Positions 29,680-41,400 of a DNA stretch of 64,000 bases are shown here, in pieces. The notes beneath the pieces are model-generated. The model ran no database searches. It saw only the letters and a list, made by a program, of their open reading frames with translations, and had not been told where the DNA came from. Position numbers and translations under genes: made by a program. Numbering within the stretch: position 1 is the first letter of the stretch; each line of letters opens with the position of its first letter. This DNA is from Candidatus Tepidifontimicrobium thermophilum. GTDB lineage: Bacteria; Sysuimicrobiota; Sysuimicrobiia; Sysuimicrobiales; Sysuimicrobiaceae. Where the stretch lies: positions 11,099 through 75,098 of the forward strand of contig JAVKHO010000015.1 in the NCBI GenBank assembly GCA_031459915.1. Reading direction: 5' to 3'.

Positions 29680-31080
29680 GTGGTCGACGTGACCTGGGTG
29701 TGGTGGGTTGTCCTGATCCTGCTGGCCACCGCCGCCGGGGTGGTGTGGGCGGTCCGGTACACGAAGGTGGGCCCCAACGAGGTGCTCATCATCTCCGGGC
29801 GGCGGAGGACGGTGACAGGGCCGGACGGCCGGCGGCGGACCGTGGGCTACCGGCTGGTGCACGGCGGCGGCACCTTCGTGTGGCCCATCAAGGAGAAGGT
29901 GCAGCGCATGTCGTTGGAACTCATGACCCTGGAGGTCCGCACCCCGGAGGTGTACACGGTGAACGCCATCCCCGTCACCGTGGACGGGGTGGCCCAGGTG
30001 AAGATCCGGGGCGACGAGGACAGCATCGCGGTCGCCGCGGAGCAGTTCCTCTCCCGCTCCCGGGACGACGTGATGCGGACGGTGTTGCAGACCCTGGAGG
30101 GCCACATGCGGGCGGTCCTGGGAACCCTCACGGTGGAGGAGATCTACCGGGGCCGTTCGGAGCTGGCGCGCCGCGTCCGGGAGGCCGCGAGCGAGGACCT
30201 GCACAAGATGGGCATGGAGATCGTCTCCCTCACCATCCGCAACGTGACCGACAGCCAGGGGTACCTAGAGGCCCTGGCACGGCCCCGCATCGCCCAGGTG
30301 AAGCGGGACGCGGTGAAGGGGGAGGCGGAGGCGGAGAAGGAGGCGCAGCAGGCGCGTTTCCAGGCGGAGACCGCCATCGCCCAGGCGCAGCGGGACATGG
30401 AGCTGAAGAAGGCAGAGTACGAGGCGGAGGTCAAGGCCAAGCGGGCGGAGGCGGATCTGAGCTACGACCTCCACCGCTACCGCATCGCCCAGCGGGTGAA
30501 GGCGGAGGAGATCCAGGTGGGCATCGTGGAGCGGGAGAAGCTCGTGGAGCTGGAGGAACGGGAGGTGGCCCGCAAGGAGAAGGAGCTGCTGGCCACCGTC
30601 CTCAAGCCGGCCGAGGTGGAGCGCCAGCGGACGGAGGTGCTGGCGGAGGCAGAACGTTACCGTCTGGAAGCCGAGGGGATCGGGCGGGCGGAGGAGATCA
30701 AGGCCCAGGGCGCCGCGGAGGCGGAGGTCATCCGGCTGAAGGGGTTGGCGGAAGCGGAGGCCATGCGGAAGAAGGCGGAGTCGTGGAGCCAATACAACGA
30801 GGCGGCGATCACCGAGCTCATCGTGCGGGTCCTGCCCGAGCTGGCCCGGGCGGTGTCCGAGCCTCTCGCGAGGACCGAGCGCATCGTGGTGGTGAACGCG
30901 GACGCCTCCGGCGCCGGGGTGTCCCGGATCCCCGCGGACGTGGCCCGGGTGGTGGCCCAGCTGCCGACCCTCGTGGAGTCCCTCACCGGCGTGAAGCTGG
31001 AGCAGCTGCTGGAGCGAGTCCCCGACCTACGCCGGGCGGAGCCCGCAGCCCAAGCGGCATCCCCCGGGCCGCAGTCCTGA
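29680..31080 (+). CDS. flotillin (SPFH domain protein)
   Basis: N-terminal TM, SPFH ([31 protein letters not shown]), AEA-rich coiled coil. Confidence 0.93.
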   Translation: MVDVTWVWWVVLILLATAAGVVWAVRYTKVGPNEVLIISGRRRTVTGPDGRRRTVGYRLVHGGGTFVWPIKEKVQRMSLELMTLEVRTPEVYTVNAIPVTVDGVAQVKIRGDEDSIAVAAEQFLSRSRDDVMRTVLQTLEGHMRAVLGTLTVEEIYRGRSELARRVREAASEDLHKMGMEIVSLTIRNVTDSQGYLEALARPRIAQVKRDAVKGEAEAEKEAQQARFQAETAIAQAQRDMELKKAEYEAEVKAKRAEADLSYDLHRYRIAQRVKAEEIQVGIVEREKLVELEEREVARKEKELLATVLKPAEVERQRTEVLAEAERYRLEAEGIGRAEEIKAQGAAEAEVIRLKGLAEAEAMRKKAESWSQYNEAAITELIVRVLPELARAVSEPLARTERIVVVNADASGAGVSRIPADVARVVAQLPTLVESLTGVKLEQLLERVPDLRRAEPAAQAASPGPQS

Positions 31081-31090
31081 GGAGGGCGCC

Positions 31091-32545
31091 ATGGCGGTGG
31101 TCCGTCAACGAGCCCGCGAGCAGCCGGTCGCCACCCCCGAGGACGTGCTGGAGCTGTGCGAGCGCCGCGGGATCCAGATGGTGGACCTGCGGTTCACGGA
31201 CCTGGTGGGCGGCTGGCAGCACTTCTCGGTACCCGTGGAGGAGCTGTCGGAGGACCTGTTCGGGGACGGGGTGGGCTTCGACGGCAGCAGCATCCGCGGG
31301 TTCCAGGACATCCACGAGAGCGACATGATCCTCGTCCCTGACCCGCGGACCGCCCGGGTGGACCCCATGGCCAAGACCCCCACCCTGATCCTGGTCTGCG
31401 ACGTGTACGACCCCATCACCCGGGAGCGGTACAGCCGGGACCCGCGGGGAGTGGCGCAGCGGGCGGAGGACTACCTGGTCCGCACGGGCGTCGCCACCAC
31501 CAGCTACTGGGGCCCCGAGGCGGAGTTCTTCGTGTTCGACGACGTGCGGTTCGAACAGAACGTCCACTGCGGGTACTACTTCGTGGACTCCGCGGAGGGC
31601 GCGTGGAACACCGGACGGGAGGAGCGTCCCAACCTGGGCTACAAGCCCCGGTACAAGGAGGGCTACTTCCCCGTCCCGCCCACGGACAGCCTGCAGGAGT
31701 TCCGGTCCCAGCTGGTGCGGAAGATGCGGGAGGCCGGCGTGGAGGTGGAGGTGCACCACCACGAGGTGGCCACCGCAGGGCAGTGTGAGATCGACATGCG
31801 TTTTTCCACCCTCACGGAGATGGCGGACCGGGTCCAGATGTACAAGTACCTGGTCAAGACCTTCGCCCGCGAGCACCTGAAGACCGCCACCTTTATGCCC
31901 AAGCCCCTGTTCGGCGACAACGGGAGCGGCATGCACACGCACCAGAGCCTGTGGTACGAGGGCCGCAACCTGTTCTACGACCCGCGCGGCTACGCGCAGC
32001 TGAGCGAGCTGGCCCTGTACTACATCGGGGGCCTGCTGAAGCACTCGCCGGCGCTGCTGGCCTTCTGCGCGCCCACCACCAACTCCTACCGCAGGCTGGT
32101 GCCGGGCTACGAGGCGCCCGTGAACCTCGTGTACTCGCAGCGGAACCGCAGTGCGGCCATCCGGATCCCCGTGTACTCCGCCAGCCCCAAGTCCAAGCGG
32201 ATCGAGTACCGGCCCCCGGACCCCAGCTGCAACCCGTACCTCGCGTTCGCGGCCATGCTGATGGCGGGGCTCGATGGCATCCTGAACCGCATCGACCCCG
32301 GACCCCCCATGGACGTGGACCTGTACGAGCTACCTCCTGAAGAGGCCAAGCACGTGCGGCAGGTGCCCGGGTCCCTGGAAGAGTCGTTGCGGGCCCTGGA
32401 GGAGGACCACGAGTTCCTCCTGCGGGGAGGGGTGTTCACGGAGGACCTCATCGAGACGTGGATCACCTACAAGCGCAAGCGGGAGGTGGACTACATCCGC
32501 CTGCGGCCGCACCCGTCGGAGTTCTACCTGTACTACGACGTGTAG
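31091..32545 (+). CDS. glnA: glutamine synthetase type I
   Basis: [51 protein letters not shown]; DLY adenylylation-site Tyr present. Confidence 0.97.
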   Translation: MAVVRQRAREQPVATPEDVLELCERRGIQMVDLRFTDLVGGWQHFSVPVEELSEDLFGDGVGFDGSSIRGFQDIHESDMILVPDPRTARVDPMAKTPTLILVCDVYDPITRERYSRDPRGVAQRAEDYLVRTGVATTSYWGPEAEFFVFDDVRFEQNVHCGYYFVDSAEGAWNTGREERPNLGYKPRYKEGYFPVPPTDSLQEFRSQLVRKMREAGVEVEVHHHEVATAGQCEIDMRFSTLTEMADRVQMYKYLVKTFAREHLKTATFMPKPLFGDNGSGMHTHQSLWYEGRNLFYDPRGYAQLSELALYYIGGLLKHSPALLAFCAPTTNSYRRLVPGYEAPVNLVYSQRNRSAAIRIPVYSASPKSKRIEYRPPDPSCNPYLAFAAMLMAGLDGILNRIDPGPPMDVDLYELPPEEAKHVRQVPGSLEESLRALEEDHEFLLRGGVFTEDLIETWITYKRKREVDYIRLRPHPSEFYLYYDV

Positions 32546-33240
32546 CCGGAGGGGTCCAGGAGCACCCGCGCGTCCACCGCCCAGCAGCCCTCAGGCCCTG
32601 CCACCACGGGGTTGAGGTCCAGCTCTCGCACGTGGGGTTCGGACAGAAGGAGCTGTCCGGCCCGAACCAGGACGTCCGCTACCGCCTCGAGGTCCGCGGG
32701 CGGCCGGCCCCGTGCCCCCTGCAGCAGCCGGTAGCACGCGGTCTGCTGGATCTGACGCAACGCCTCCGCCCGGTCCAGGGGAGCCAGGCGGAACGCCACG
32801 TCCCGCAGGACCTCCACCAGCACGCCGCCCGAGCCCACCACCACCACGGGGCCGAACTGGGGATCCCGAAGCCCTCCCACCACCACCTCCGCGGTGCCGG
32901 CGACCAAGGGCTGGACCAGCACGCCCTCCCACCGCGCGTGCGCAGCCCGCCGCGCCACCTCCTCCCGCAGCCGGCGGAAGCCGTCCCGGACCTCCTGCTC
33001 GCCCCGCAGGCCCACCAGCACCCCCCCGACGTCCGACTTGTGCAGCACGTCCAGGCTGGACACCTTCAGCACCACGGGGTTACCCAACCTCAGGGACGCC
33101 GCTACGGCCTCCTCCTCGGTGTTGGCCAGCTCCCAGCGGGGGTGCGGGATCCCGTACGCATCGCACAGCTCGTACGCCTCCCACTCCCGCAGGGCGTCTC
33201 GCCCCTCCCGCAGCGCCCGATCCACCACCGGGTGGCTCAC
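32533..33240 (-). CDS. ADP-forming acyl-CoA synthetase, ATP-grasp (beta) subunit
   Basis: [22 protein letters not shown] motifs. Confidence 0.88.
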   Translation of the reverse strand: MSHPVVDRALREGRDALREWEAYELCDAYGIPHPRWELANTEEEAVAASLRLGNPVVLKVSSLDVLHKSDVGGVLVGLRGEQEVRDGFRRLREEVARRAAHARWEGVLVQPLVAGTAEVVVGGLRDPQFGPVVVVGSGGVLVEVLRDVAFRLAPLDRAEALRQIQQTACYRLLQGARGRPPADLEAVADVLVRAGQLLLSEPHVRELDLNPVVAGPEGCWAVDARVLLDPSGYTS

Positions 33241-34676
33241 GACCGCAGCCGCTCCCGGGCGCGCGCGTACTCCACCATCCGGGCCAGCACCCGCACCGCC
33301 TCCTCAGGGAACTCGAAGGTGCACAGACCTCCCTTCTCCAAAATCCGGCGCGCCGCCAGGGCCGCGTCCCCGAAGGTGATCACCGCGAGGACGGGCTTCC
33401 GCCGGCCCTCGGGCTGGTCCCGGTACGCCTGGAAGACGGACCGAGCCACCTCTTCCTCGTCCAAAAACGCCGGGGGAGGCGTCAGGAGGACCACTGCGTC
33501 CACGCCCTCGTCCTCCAGGAGGATCCGCAGCGCGTCCCCGTGCGTGTGCGCCACCACCGCGCCGGTCATGTCCACGTATCCTTCCGGCTGTCCCACCGCG
33601 GCCAGATTCGACAGCACCGCTCCCAGTCTCTCCCGCGTCCGCGGCGAGAAGTGGGCGAGCTGCAGGCCGGGCTGAGCGGCCACCTCGTCCACGCAGATGG
33701 TGCCCGGCCCGCCCACCGCACTCAGGACCGCCACCCGGTTGCCAGGGGGCAGGGGCAGCCGCTCGAAGGCCCGCACGGCGCCGTAGAACTCCGACACCGT
33801 CCGCGCCCGCACCACCCCCGCCTGCCGGAACGCCCCGTCGTAGATGGCGTCCGCGCTGGCCACGGAGGCCGTGTGGCTGTGGGCTGCGCGCGCCCCCTGC
33901 TCGGTGCGCCCCGGCTTGAGCACCACCACGGGCTTGTCCCGGCCGACCCGGGCAGCGGTCTGCACGAAGGCGCGCGCGTCCGCCACCCCCTCCAGGTAGA
34001 CGCCCACCACCCGCGTGCACCGGTCGTCGGCGAGGTACGCCAGCAGCTCGGTGAGGGTGACGTCCGCCATGTTGCCCACGGAGGCCAGCTTGCACAGGCC
34101 CACCATCTCCAACGGCCGCGCCCACTGGAGGAAGGACATGGCGAAGGCCCCGCTCTGGCTGAGCAGGGAAGCCCCTCCTGCAGGGTACGGACCCAGGTCG
34201 AAGCTGGTGGTGAGCCCCACGTGAGCGTCCGCGACCCCCACGCAGTTGGGCCCCACCAGCCGGATGCCCGCGGTGCGGAGCGTGCGGACCAGCTGGTCCT
34301 GTAGCTGCCGCCCCGCATCCCCGACCTCCGCGAAGCCCCCCGAGACCACCACCGCCGCGGCGGCGTCGCCCCGTTGGTGCCTGCGGGCGGCCAGCTGGGC
34401 GGCCACCACGAGGCACGCGGCTGCGGGGACCACCACCACCGCCAGGTCTACCGGGCCGGGTACTTGAAGCACGCTGGGGTAACAAGGCAGCCCCAGCACC
34501 TCGGTGGCGCGCGGGTTCACGGGGTAAATCCCGCCCGGGTAGTGGGTCCGCTGCAGCTGCGCCACGATCTGGTGGCCGGGTCCCCCGGGCTCCGCGGAGG
34601 CTCCCACCACCGCCACGCCCCGCGGCGCGAAGAAAGCATCCAGCCCCTGGGGTGCTGGGCCGTGCGCGTGCGCCAT
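33237..34676 (-). CDS. ADP-forming acyl-CoA synthetase, CoA-binding (alpha) subunit
   Basis: VAVVGAS, YPVNP, GGFAE, GPNCVG, SQSGA, GNMADV, SHTAS phospho-His. Confidence 0.88.
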   Translation of the reverse strand: MAHAHGPAPQGLDAFFAPRGVAVVGASAEPGGPGHQIVAQLQRTHYPGGIYPVNPRATEVLGLPCYPSVLQVPGPVDLAVVVVPAAACLVVAAQLAARRHQRGDAAAAVVVSGGFAEVGDAGRQLQDQLVRTLRTAGIRLVGPNCVGVADAHVGLTTSFDLGPYPAGGASLLSQSGAFAMSFLQWARPLEMVGLCKLASVGNMADVTLTELLAYLADDRCTRVVGVYLEGVADARAFVQTAARVGRDKPVVVLKPGRTEQGARAAHSHTASVASADAIYDGAFRQAGVVRARTVSEFYGAVRAFERLPLPPGNRVAVLSAVGGPGTICVDEVAAQPGLQLAHFSPRTRERLGAVLSNLAAVGQPEGYVDMTGAVVAHTHGDALRILLEDEGVDAVVLLTPPPAFLDEEEVARSVFQAYRDQPEGRRKPVLAVITFGDAALAARRILEKGGLCTFEFPEEAVRVLARMVEYARARERLRS

Positions 34677-34683
34677 CAGGCGG

Positions 34684-35838
34684 TCAGCTCACCCGCTCCA
34701 GCACGGTGGCCGTGGCCATCCCGTGGCCGATGCACATCACCTGCAGCCCGAACTGCCCTTCGCGGCGGTCCAGCTCGTCCACCAGCTTGGCCATGAGCAC
34801 CGCCCCCGTGGCCCCCAGGGGGTGGCCGTGCGCGATGGCTCCGCCGTTAGGGTTCACCCGCTCCAGGTCCGGTTCCAGCTCCCGGGCCCAGCCCAACACC
34901 ACGCTGGCGAACGCCTCGTTGATCTCCACCACGTCCACGTCCTTCAGGCTCAGGCCGGCGCGCTGCAGCGCCGCCCGGGTGGCGGGCACCACCTCCATCA
35001 GCTGCAGGGTCGGGTCACCGGCCACCACCACCCGCGCCCGGAACCGCGCCCGTACCCGGAGGCCATGGGCCCGCGCGAACTCCCGGTCCGCCACCAGGAC
35101 CGCGGCCGCGCCGTCCGAGATCTGGGAGCTGTTCCCCGCGGTCACCCGCCCGTCCGGCCGGAACACCGGGGGGAGCTGCAGCATGCGCTCCAGGGACGGC
35201 TCGAACCGGATCCCTTCGTCGTGCTCCACCCGCACAGGCCGCCCCTCGGAATCCTGCCCTTCCACGGGGACCAGATGCTGGCGGAACCGCCCCTCCTGGG
35301 TGGCCCGCGCGGCCCGCACGTGGCTGGTGTAGCTGAACTCGTCCAGCTCCCGACGGGAAAGCCCGTACCGGTCCGCGATGCGCTCCGCGGACTCGCCCTG
35401 GTGCACCAGCTCGTACCTCTCCTGGGCCGCGGGGCTGAGATTCCTCAGGTCCCCGATGTCCAGGAACATGGGGACCCGCGTCATGGACTCCACCCCACCC
35501 GCGATCACCAACCGGGCGTCGCCCGCGGCGATCGCCTGCGCGGCGAAGTGCACCGCCTGCTGGCTGCTCCCGCACATGCGGCTCAGGGTGACCGCAGGGA
35601 CCCGGTGGCCCAGGGAGGAACACAGGACCGCCAGCCGCCCCACGTTCATGCCCTGCTCCCCGGCCTGGGTCACGCAGCCCGTGATCACGTCGTCCACCCA
35701 CTCCGGCGGGATCCCGTTGCGCTGCACCAGGGCGTCCAGCACCGTGGCGTAGAGCACCTCTGGCCGTACGCCCCGCAGAAGCCCGCCCCGCTTGCCGATG
35801 GGCGTGCGGACTGCGTCCACGATCACCGGCTCGCCCAC
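34684..35838 (-). CDS. thiolase (acetyl-CoA C-acyltransferase)
   Basis: RMCGSS, NEAFA, GHPLGATG, MCIG motifs. Confidence 0.94.
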   Translation of the reverse strand: MGEPVIVDAVRTPIGKRGGLLRGVRPEVLYATVLDALVQRNGIPPEWVDDVITGCVTQAGEQGMNVGRLAVLCSSLGHRVPAVTLSRMCGSSQQAVHFAAQAIAAGDARLVIAGGVESMTRVPMFLDIGDLRNLSPAAQERYELVHQGESAERIADRYGLSRRELDEFSYTSHVRAARATQEGRFRQHLVPVEGQDSEGRPVRVEHDEGIRFEPSLERMLQLPPVFRPDGRVTAGNSSQISDGAAAVLVADREFARAHGLRVRARFRARVVVAGDPTLQLMEVVPATRAALQRAGLSLKDVDVVEINEAFASVVLGWARELEPDLERVNPNGGAIAHGHPLGATGAVLMAKLVDELDRREGQFGLQVMCIGHGMATATVLERVS

Positions 35839-35933
35839 ACCGCACCTCCCGAGCCCGCGCTCCCCCTCAGGATACGGGACCCGCCCGTCCGCAGGCCAGT
35901 CCCGTCCCGTGACGGCATTGTGGTAGGCGGCTC

Positions 35934-36157
35934 ACGAGCCTGCAGTTTCCGTCCCTGGTCTGCTGGCGTGGCTCCTGGCGGCTTTGGAGTTCTTGGGGGG
36001 CCTGGCGCTGATCCTGAGCCTTCTCACGCAGCTTCCAGCGACCCTGTTCACCGGGGAGACGCTCCCTGCTGCTGGGTTCCGCGCTCGCCCTAGCCCTCCT
36101 GGGCGGAGGTGCCCGGTCGTTGGACGCCCTGTGGCGCAAGCCCCGGGACCGGCGACC
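35934..36157 (+). pseudogene. DoxX family membrane protein remnant
   Basis: VPGLLAWLLAALEFLGGLALILSLLT..GE in one frame, LLLGSALALALLGGGARSLD in another; no start, internal deletion. Confidence 0.55.
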
Positions 36158-36487
36158 TCAGGCCCCGGTGTCGCCCTCCGCGGCGGAGTCCAGGATCAAC
36201 TCGTAACGCTCCAGTTTCGAGGGCCCGCGGAAGGCCTCGCGGGGGAGGGTGCCGGACCGCGCGTGCCCCCGCTGGAACGCCTCCGAGCGGGTCCACGCCT
36301 CGAAAGCCTCCCGGGTCTGCCACACCGTGACGACCACGTAAGGATCCTCCGGGTCCACGGGGCGTAACACCCAGTTCCGGACGAAGCCCGGCATGCGGTC
36401 CACTTCCCGGGCCCGCGAGCGGAAGCGTTCCTCGAACGCTTCCTGGAACTCCGGGCTCACCGGGATCCGGTTCATCACCACGAACAC
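36158..36487 (-). CDS. antibiotic biosynthesis monooxygenase domain protein (IsdG/HmoA-like)
   Basis: VVMNRI, FEERF, MPGF, W.T.EAFEAW..S.AF..GH; GAGGAGG RBS. Confidence 0.85.
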   Translation of the reverse strand: MFVVMNRIPVSPEFQEAFEERFRSRAREVDRMPGFVRNWVLRPVDPEDPYVVVTVWQTREAFEAWTRSEAFQRGHARSGTLPREAFRGPSKLERYELILDSAAEGDTGA

Positions 36488-36498
36488 GCCGCACCTCC

Positions 36499-38247
<1,749 letters not shown>

Positions 38248-38281
38248 GGTTCCCTCCGACCGTGTGTGGGAGAGCCCGGGC

Positions 38282-40234
38282 CTACAGACGGAGCCGCCCC
38301 TCGGGCAGGTGCACACCCAGCAGGGACGCCAGCAGGTCCAGGCCCACCACCATCAGCGCCGCGTAGGCGACCGCTGTCGGCCAGCGGACCCGGGCCACGC
38401 CCACCAGAACCCACAGGCTCCACAGCACGGACGCCCACCGCAAGCCCAGAAACCACGTGGCGGCCACGTAGAGCGCCAGGCTCACGAGGTACGCGACCGC
38501 CCGGCGCACGCGCTCACGCACTGCACCCGGCTCTGCCTCCACCTCGTCCTCGTCCGTCACGGGACTGCCTTGGCCCCGCAGCTCCCGCGCTAGCTGCACC
38601 GCCGTCAGGACCGTACCCGCGGCAGCCACGGACACCGGCATGAGGGCGGCATCCGGCAAGAAGCCCCGCGCGGTCCACCAGGCGTACCCGAAGACGCCCA
38701 GCACCACCGCGGTCGCCACCGCCGACGCCCCGGCCGGCTGGCGGGGTGTCTCCCGCCGGGTGGGGGTCCCCTCGCGCAGCCACCGGAAGGCGCTCCACAC
38801 GAACGGGGCCACCACCAGCAGGCCGATCACCACGACCCCGGGCCGCAACAGCCAGTCCTCCGGCCGCGGGTAGAGGTTCACGGTGAGGAAGTAGTAGCGT
38901 TCCAGGGGGTTGCTGAGGACGAACCCGATGAGCAGGGGGCCCCGGGGCCAGCCCGTGACCTTCAGGGCGTAGCCCGCCACCCCGAGGGCCACCAGGGACA
39001 CCAAATCCCCGAAGTGTTGCGTCTCCTGGAAGGCCGCGAGCACCATGGCCAGGACGATGGGCGGGGCGATCCGGTTGAAGGGCACGTACGTGAGGCGCGC
39101 CAGCAGCGGGCTTGTGGCGAACATCACGCCGGCCCCCAGCACGTTGGCCAGCGCGAACGACCATACCACGGTGTAGATGAGGTCCAGGTGCTGGGTGACG
39201 ATCCGGGGTCCTGGCAGAATCCCGTACGCCAGCAGGGCGCCCAGGATCATGGCTGAGGGTGCCCCACCCGGCACGCCGAACAGGAGGGTTGGCACCAGGT
39301 CCCCGGCCTCCACCGCGTTGTTGGCGGCCTCCGGCGCGATGATGCCCCGCACGTCGCCCTTGCCGAACCGCGACCGGTCGCGGCTGGTGGCCACCGCGTG
39401 GCCGTAGGCCATCAGGGTACCTGCGGTGGCCCCGATGGCGGGCAGCACCCCGGCCCACATGCCGATCAGCGCCCCCCGGATCACCAGCCACCTGTGCTGC
39501 CAGACGTCCAGCACGCCCTGCCACCAGCCACGGCCCAGCTCCATCCGCTGCGCCACAGCGCCACCCCGGGCCAGCAGGGACACCACCTCCGCCACCCCGA
39601 ACAGGCCCAGGGCCACCAGGGCCAGGTCGATCCCGTCGGTGAGGTAGACCTGACCGAAGGCGAAGCGGACCTCCGCGGCCGCGGGCGCGGGACCCACGGT
39701 GCCCAGCAGCAGACCCAGCAGGCCCGCGCTGAGTCCCTTCAGCGGCTCCCGGCCCAGCAGACTGCCCGCGAAGGAAACGCCCAGCACGGTCAGCATGAAC
39801 AGCTCCGGGGACCCGAAGGAGAGCACCAGCGGCCGCGCGAGGGGGATGGACACCGTCAGACCCAAGGCCCCGATGATCCCGCCCACCAGACTGGACAGGT
39901 AGGCCGCCGCCAGCGCCCGTGCCGCCTCCCCGCGGCGGGCCATGGGGTGCCCCTCCATCATCGTGGGGACCGCGGCCGCCGAGCCCGGTGCACCGATCAG
40001 CACCGACGTGATGGTGTCGGAGGTGTGGACCACCGCCAGGGCGCCCGTCACCATGGCTAGGGCCGCCGCGGGTTCCAGCTTCAGCATGAAGGGCAGCAAA
40101 ATGGCCGCGGCCACGATGCCGCCCATGCCCGGGAGGATGCCGATCAACAGGCCCACGCCGCTGCCCAGGACCAGCATCCCAAGCCGCGTGGGGCTCAGGA
40201 ACAGCCCCGCTGCCGCGCTCAGCGCCTCCGCCAT
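38282..40234 (-). CDS. tripartite tricarboxylate transporter TctA with fused TctB-like C-terminus
   Basis: GILPGMG, GAPG, GHPMARRG, APEAANNA, FGVPG motifs; extra ~4 TM C-terminal segment (650 aa). Confidence 0.88.
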   Translation of the reverse strand: MAEALSAAAGLFLSPTRLGMLVLGSGVGLLIGILPGMGGIVAAAILLPFMLKLEPAAALAMVTGALAVVHTSDTITSVLIGAPGSAAAVPTMMEGHPMARRGEAARALAAAYLSSLVGGIIGALGLTVSIPLARPLVLSFGSPELFMLTVLGVSFAGSLLGREPLKGLSAGLLGLLLGTVGPAPAAAEVRFAFGQVYLTDGIDLALVALGLFGVAEVVSLLARGGAVAQRMELGRGWWQGVLDVWQHRWLVIRGALIGMWAGVLPAIGATAGTLMAYGHAVATSRDRSRFGKGDVRGIIAPEAANNAVEAGDLVPTLLFGVPGGAPSAMILGALLAYGILPGPRIVTQHLDLIYTVVWSFALANVLGAGVMFATSPLLARLTYVPFNRIAPPIVLAMVLAAFQETQHFGDLVSLVALGVAGYALKVTGWPRGPLLIGFVLSNPLERYYFLTVNLYPRPEDWLLRPGVVVIGLLVVAPFVWSAFRWLREGTPTRRETPRQPAGASAVATAVVLGVFGYAWWTARGFLPDAALMPVSVAAAGTVLTAVQLARELRGQGSPVTDEDEVEAEPGAVRERVRRAVAYLVSLALYVAATWFLGLRWASVLWSLWVLVGVARVRWPTAVAYAALMVVGLDLLASLLGVHLPEGRLRL

Positions 40235-40245
40235 CGCCTCCGCCT

Positions 40246-40300
40246 AAAAAAAGGCAACCCCCCTCGGGCCCGTCACGGGCCCCGTGGGGGAGCCCCTTGA
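40246..40300 (-). terminator. hairpin plus U-tract between tctC and tctA
   Basis: minus strand GGGGCTCCCCCACGGGGCCCG-TGA-CGGGCCCGAGGGGGGTTGCC followed by T7. Confidence 0.6.
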
Positions 40301-40304
40301 AGGT

Positions 40305-41381
40305 TTACAGCCGCACCTGGTACTTGCTCCGCAGTAGGTCCGTGATGTACTTCTTCACGTCCAGGGTCACCCGCGCGGCCCGCAGGACCGCAGACTTGGC
40401 CACGTCGCCGCGCAGCACCTCGTAGCCCTCCAGCACCTGCCTGCCCTGCTGCCGGAACTGCGGGTCCGCCTTCATCCGATCCACCGCGGTCCGCAGGGCC
40501 TGCAGGGCCTCCGGCGGAGTCCCGCCCGGCGCCCACAGGGCCTTCTGGAAAGTGAAGGCCGCGGCCACCATGCTCTGGTACGCCTTCCACCGCAGCAGGC
40601 CGTCCGGCTTGCGCTTGAAGATGGCCTGGTAGGCCTCGTACGCGCTGGGCAGGTCCGGGGCGCTGGGGTCCCGCACCATCACCCCTTTCTCGTTCACGAA
40701 CCCCATGGACAGGATCGGGATGGCCTTCCCCTCCCGGACGAGCGGCACCACCTGGGACAGGTAGGCGGGCGTGGTCTGGTAGTCGATGTTGGTCTCCCCG
40801 CGCTCGAACGCCAGCCGCGCGGGGCCCCGGCCTTCGAACCCCATCACCACCCGCACGTCCAGCCCCAGGACTTCAAACAGCAACAACGTCACCAGGTCCA
40901 ACCCGGTGGCGCTGATGCCGCCGTACACCAGCCGCTCTGCGGGCCGCACCAGATCTTCGGGCTTCCGGACGCCCGTGCGCGGGGACACGTACAGCACCCC
41001 ACCGACCCCGTTTACCTTGATGAGCTCCCACTTCGTGGGGTCGTAGCGGACCTGCGGGACCCCCAGGATGTACGGGATCATGGTGGACCCGGAGGTCGTG
41101 AGCAGCTGCGTCCCGTCCGGGCGCGCGTTCTCCGCGAAGAAGTTGGCGCCGAGGATGCTACCTCCCCCCGGCATGTTGCGGACAACTACCCGCGGGTTGC
41201 CCGGCACGTACTTCTCCAGGAAGGGGGCGAAGAACCGGGCGTCGATATCGCTACCCCCGCCCGGGGCGAACGGCACGATGATCTCGATGGTCTTGCCCGC
41301 GTAGTACGGCTGCTGCCCGGACGCGGGCAGAGCACCGAGCGCCGCCACCAACACCACGACCCACAGGAGCCTGCTCGTCAT
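40305..41381 (-). CDS. tripartite tricarboxylate transporter substrate-binding protein (TctC/Bug)
   Basis: signal peptide; IIVPFAPGGGSD, NMPGGG, PDG motifs. Confidence 0.9.
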   Translation of the reverse strand: MTSRLLWVVVLVAALGALPASGQQPYYAGKTIEIIVPFAPGGGSDIDARFFAPFLEKYVPGNPRVVVRNMPGGGSILGANFFAENARPDGTQLLTTSGSTMIPYILGVPQVRYDPTKWELIKVNGVGGVLYVSPRTGVRKPEDLVRPAERLVYGGISATGLDLVTLLLFEVLGLDVRVVMGFEGRGPARLAFERGETNIDYQTTPAYLSQVVPLVREGKAIPILSMGFVNEKGVMVRDPSAPDLPSAYEAYQAIFKRKPDGLLRWKAYQSMVAAAFTFQKALWAPGGTPPEALQALRTAVDRMKADPQFRQQGRQVLEGYEVLRGDVAKSAVLRAARVTLDVKKYITDLLRSKYQVRL

Positions 41382-41400
41382 GCCAGCACCCCCTTTCGGG

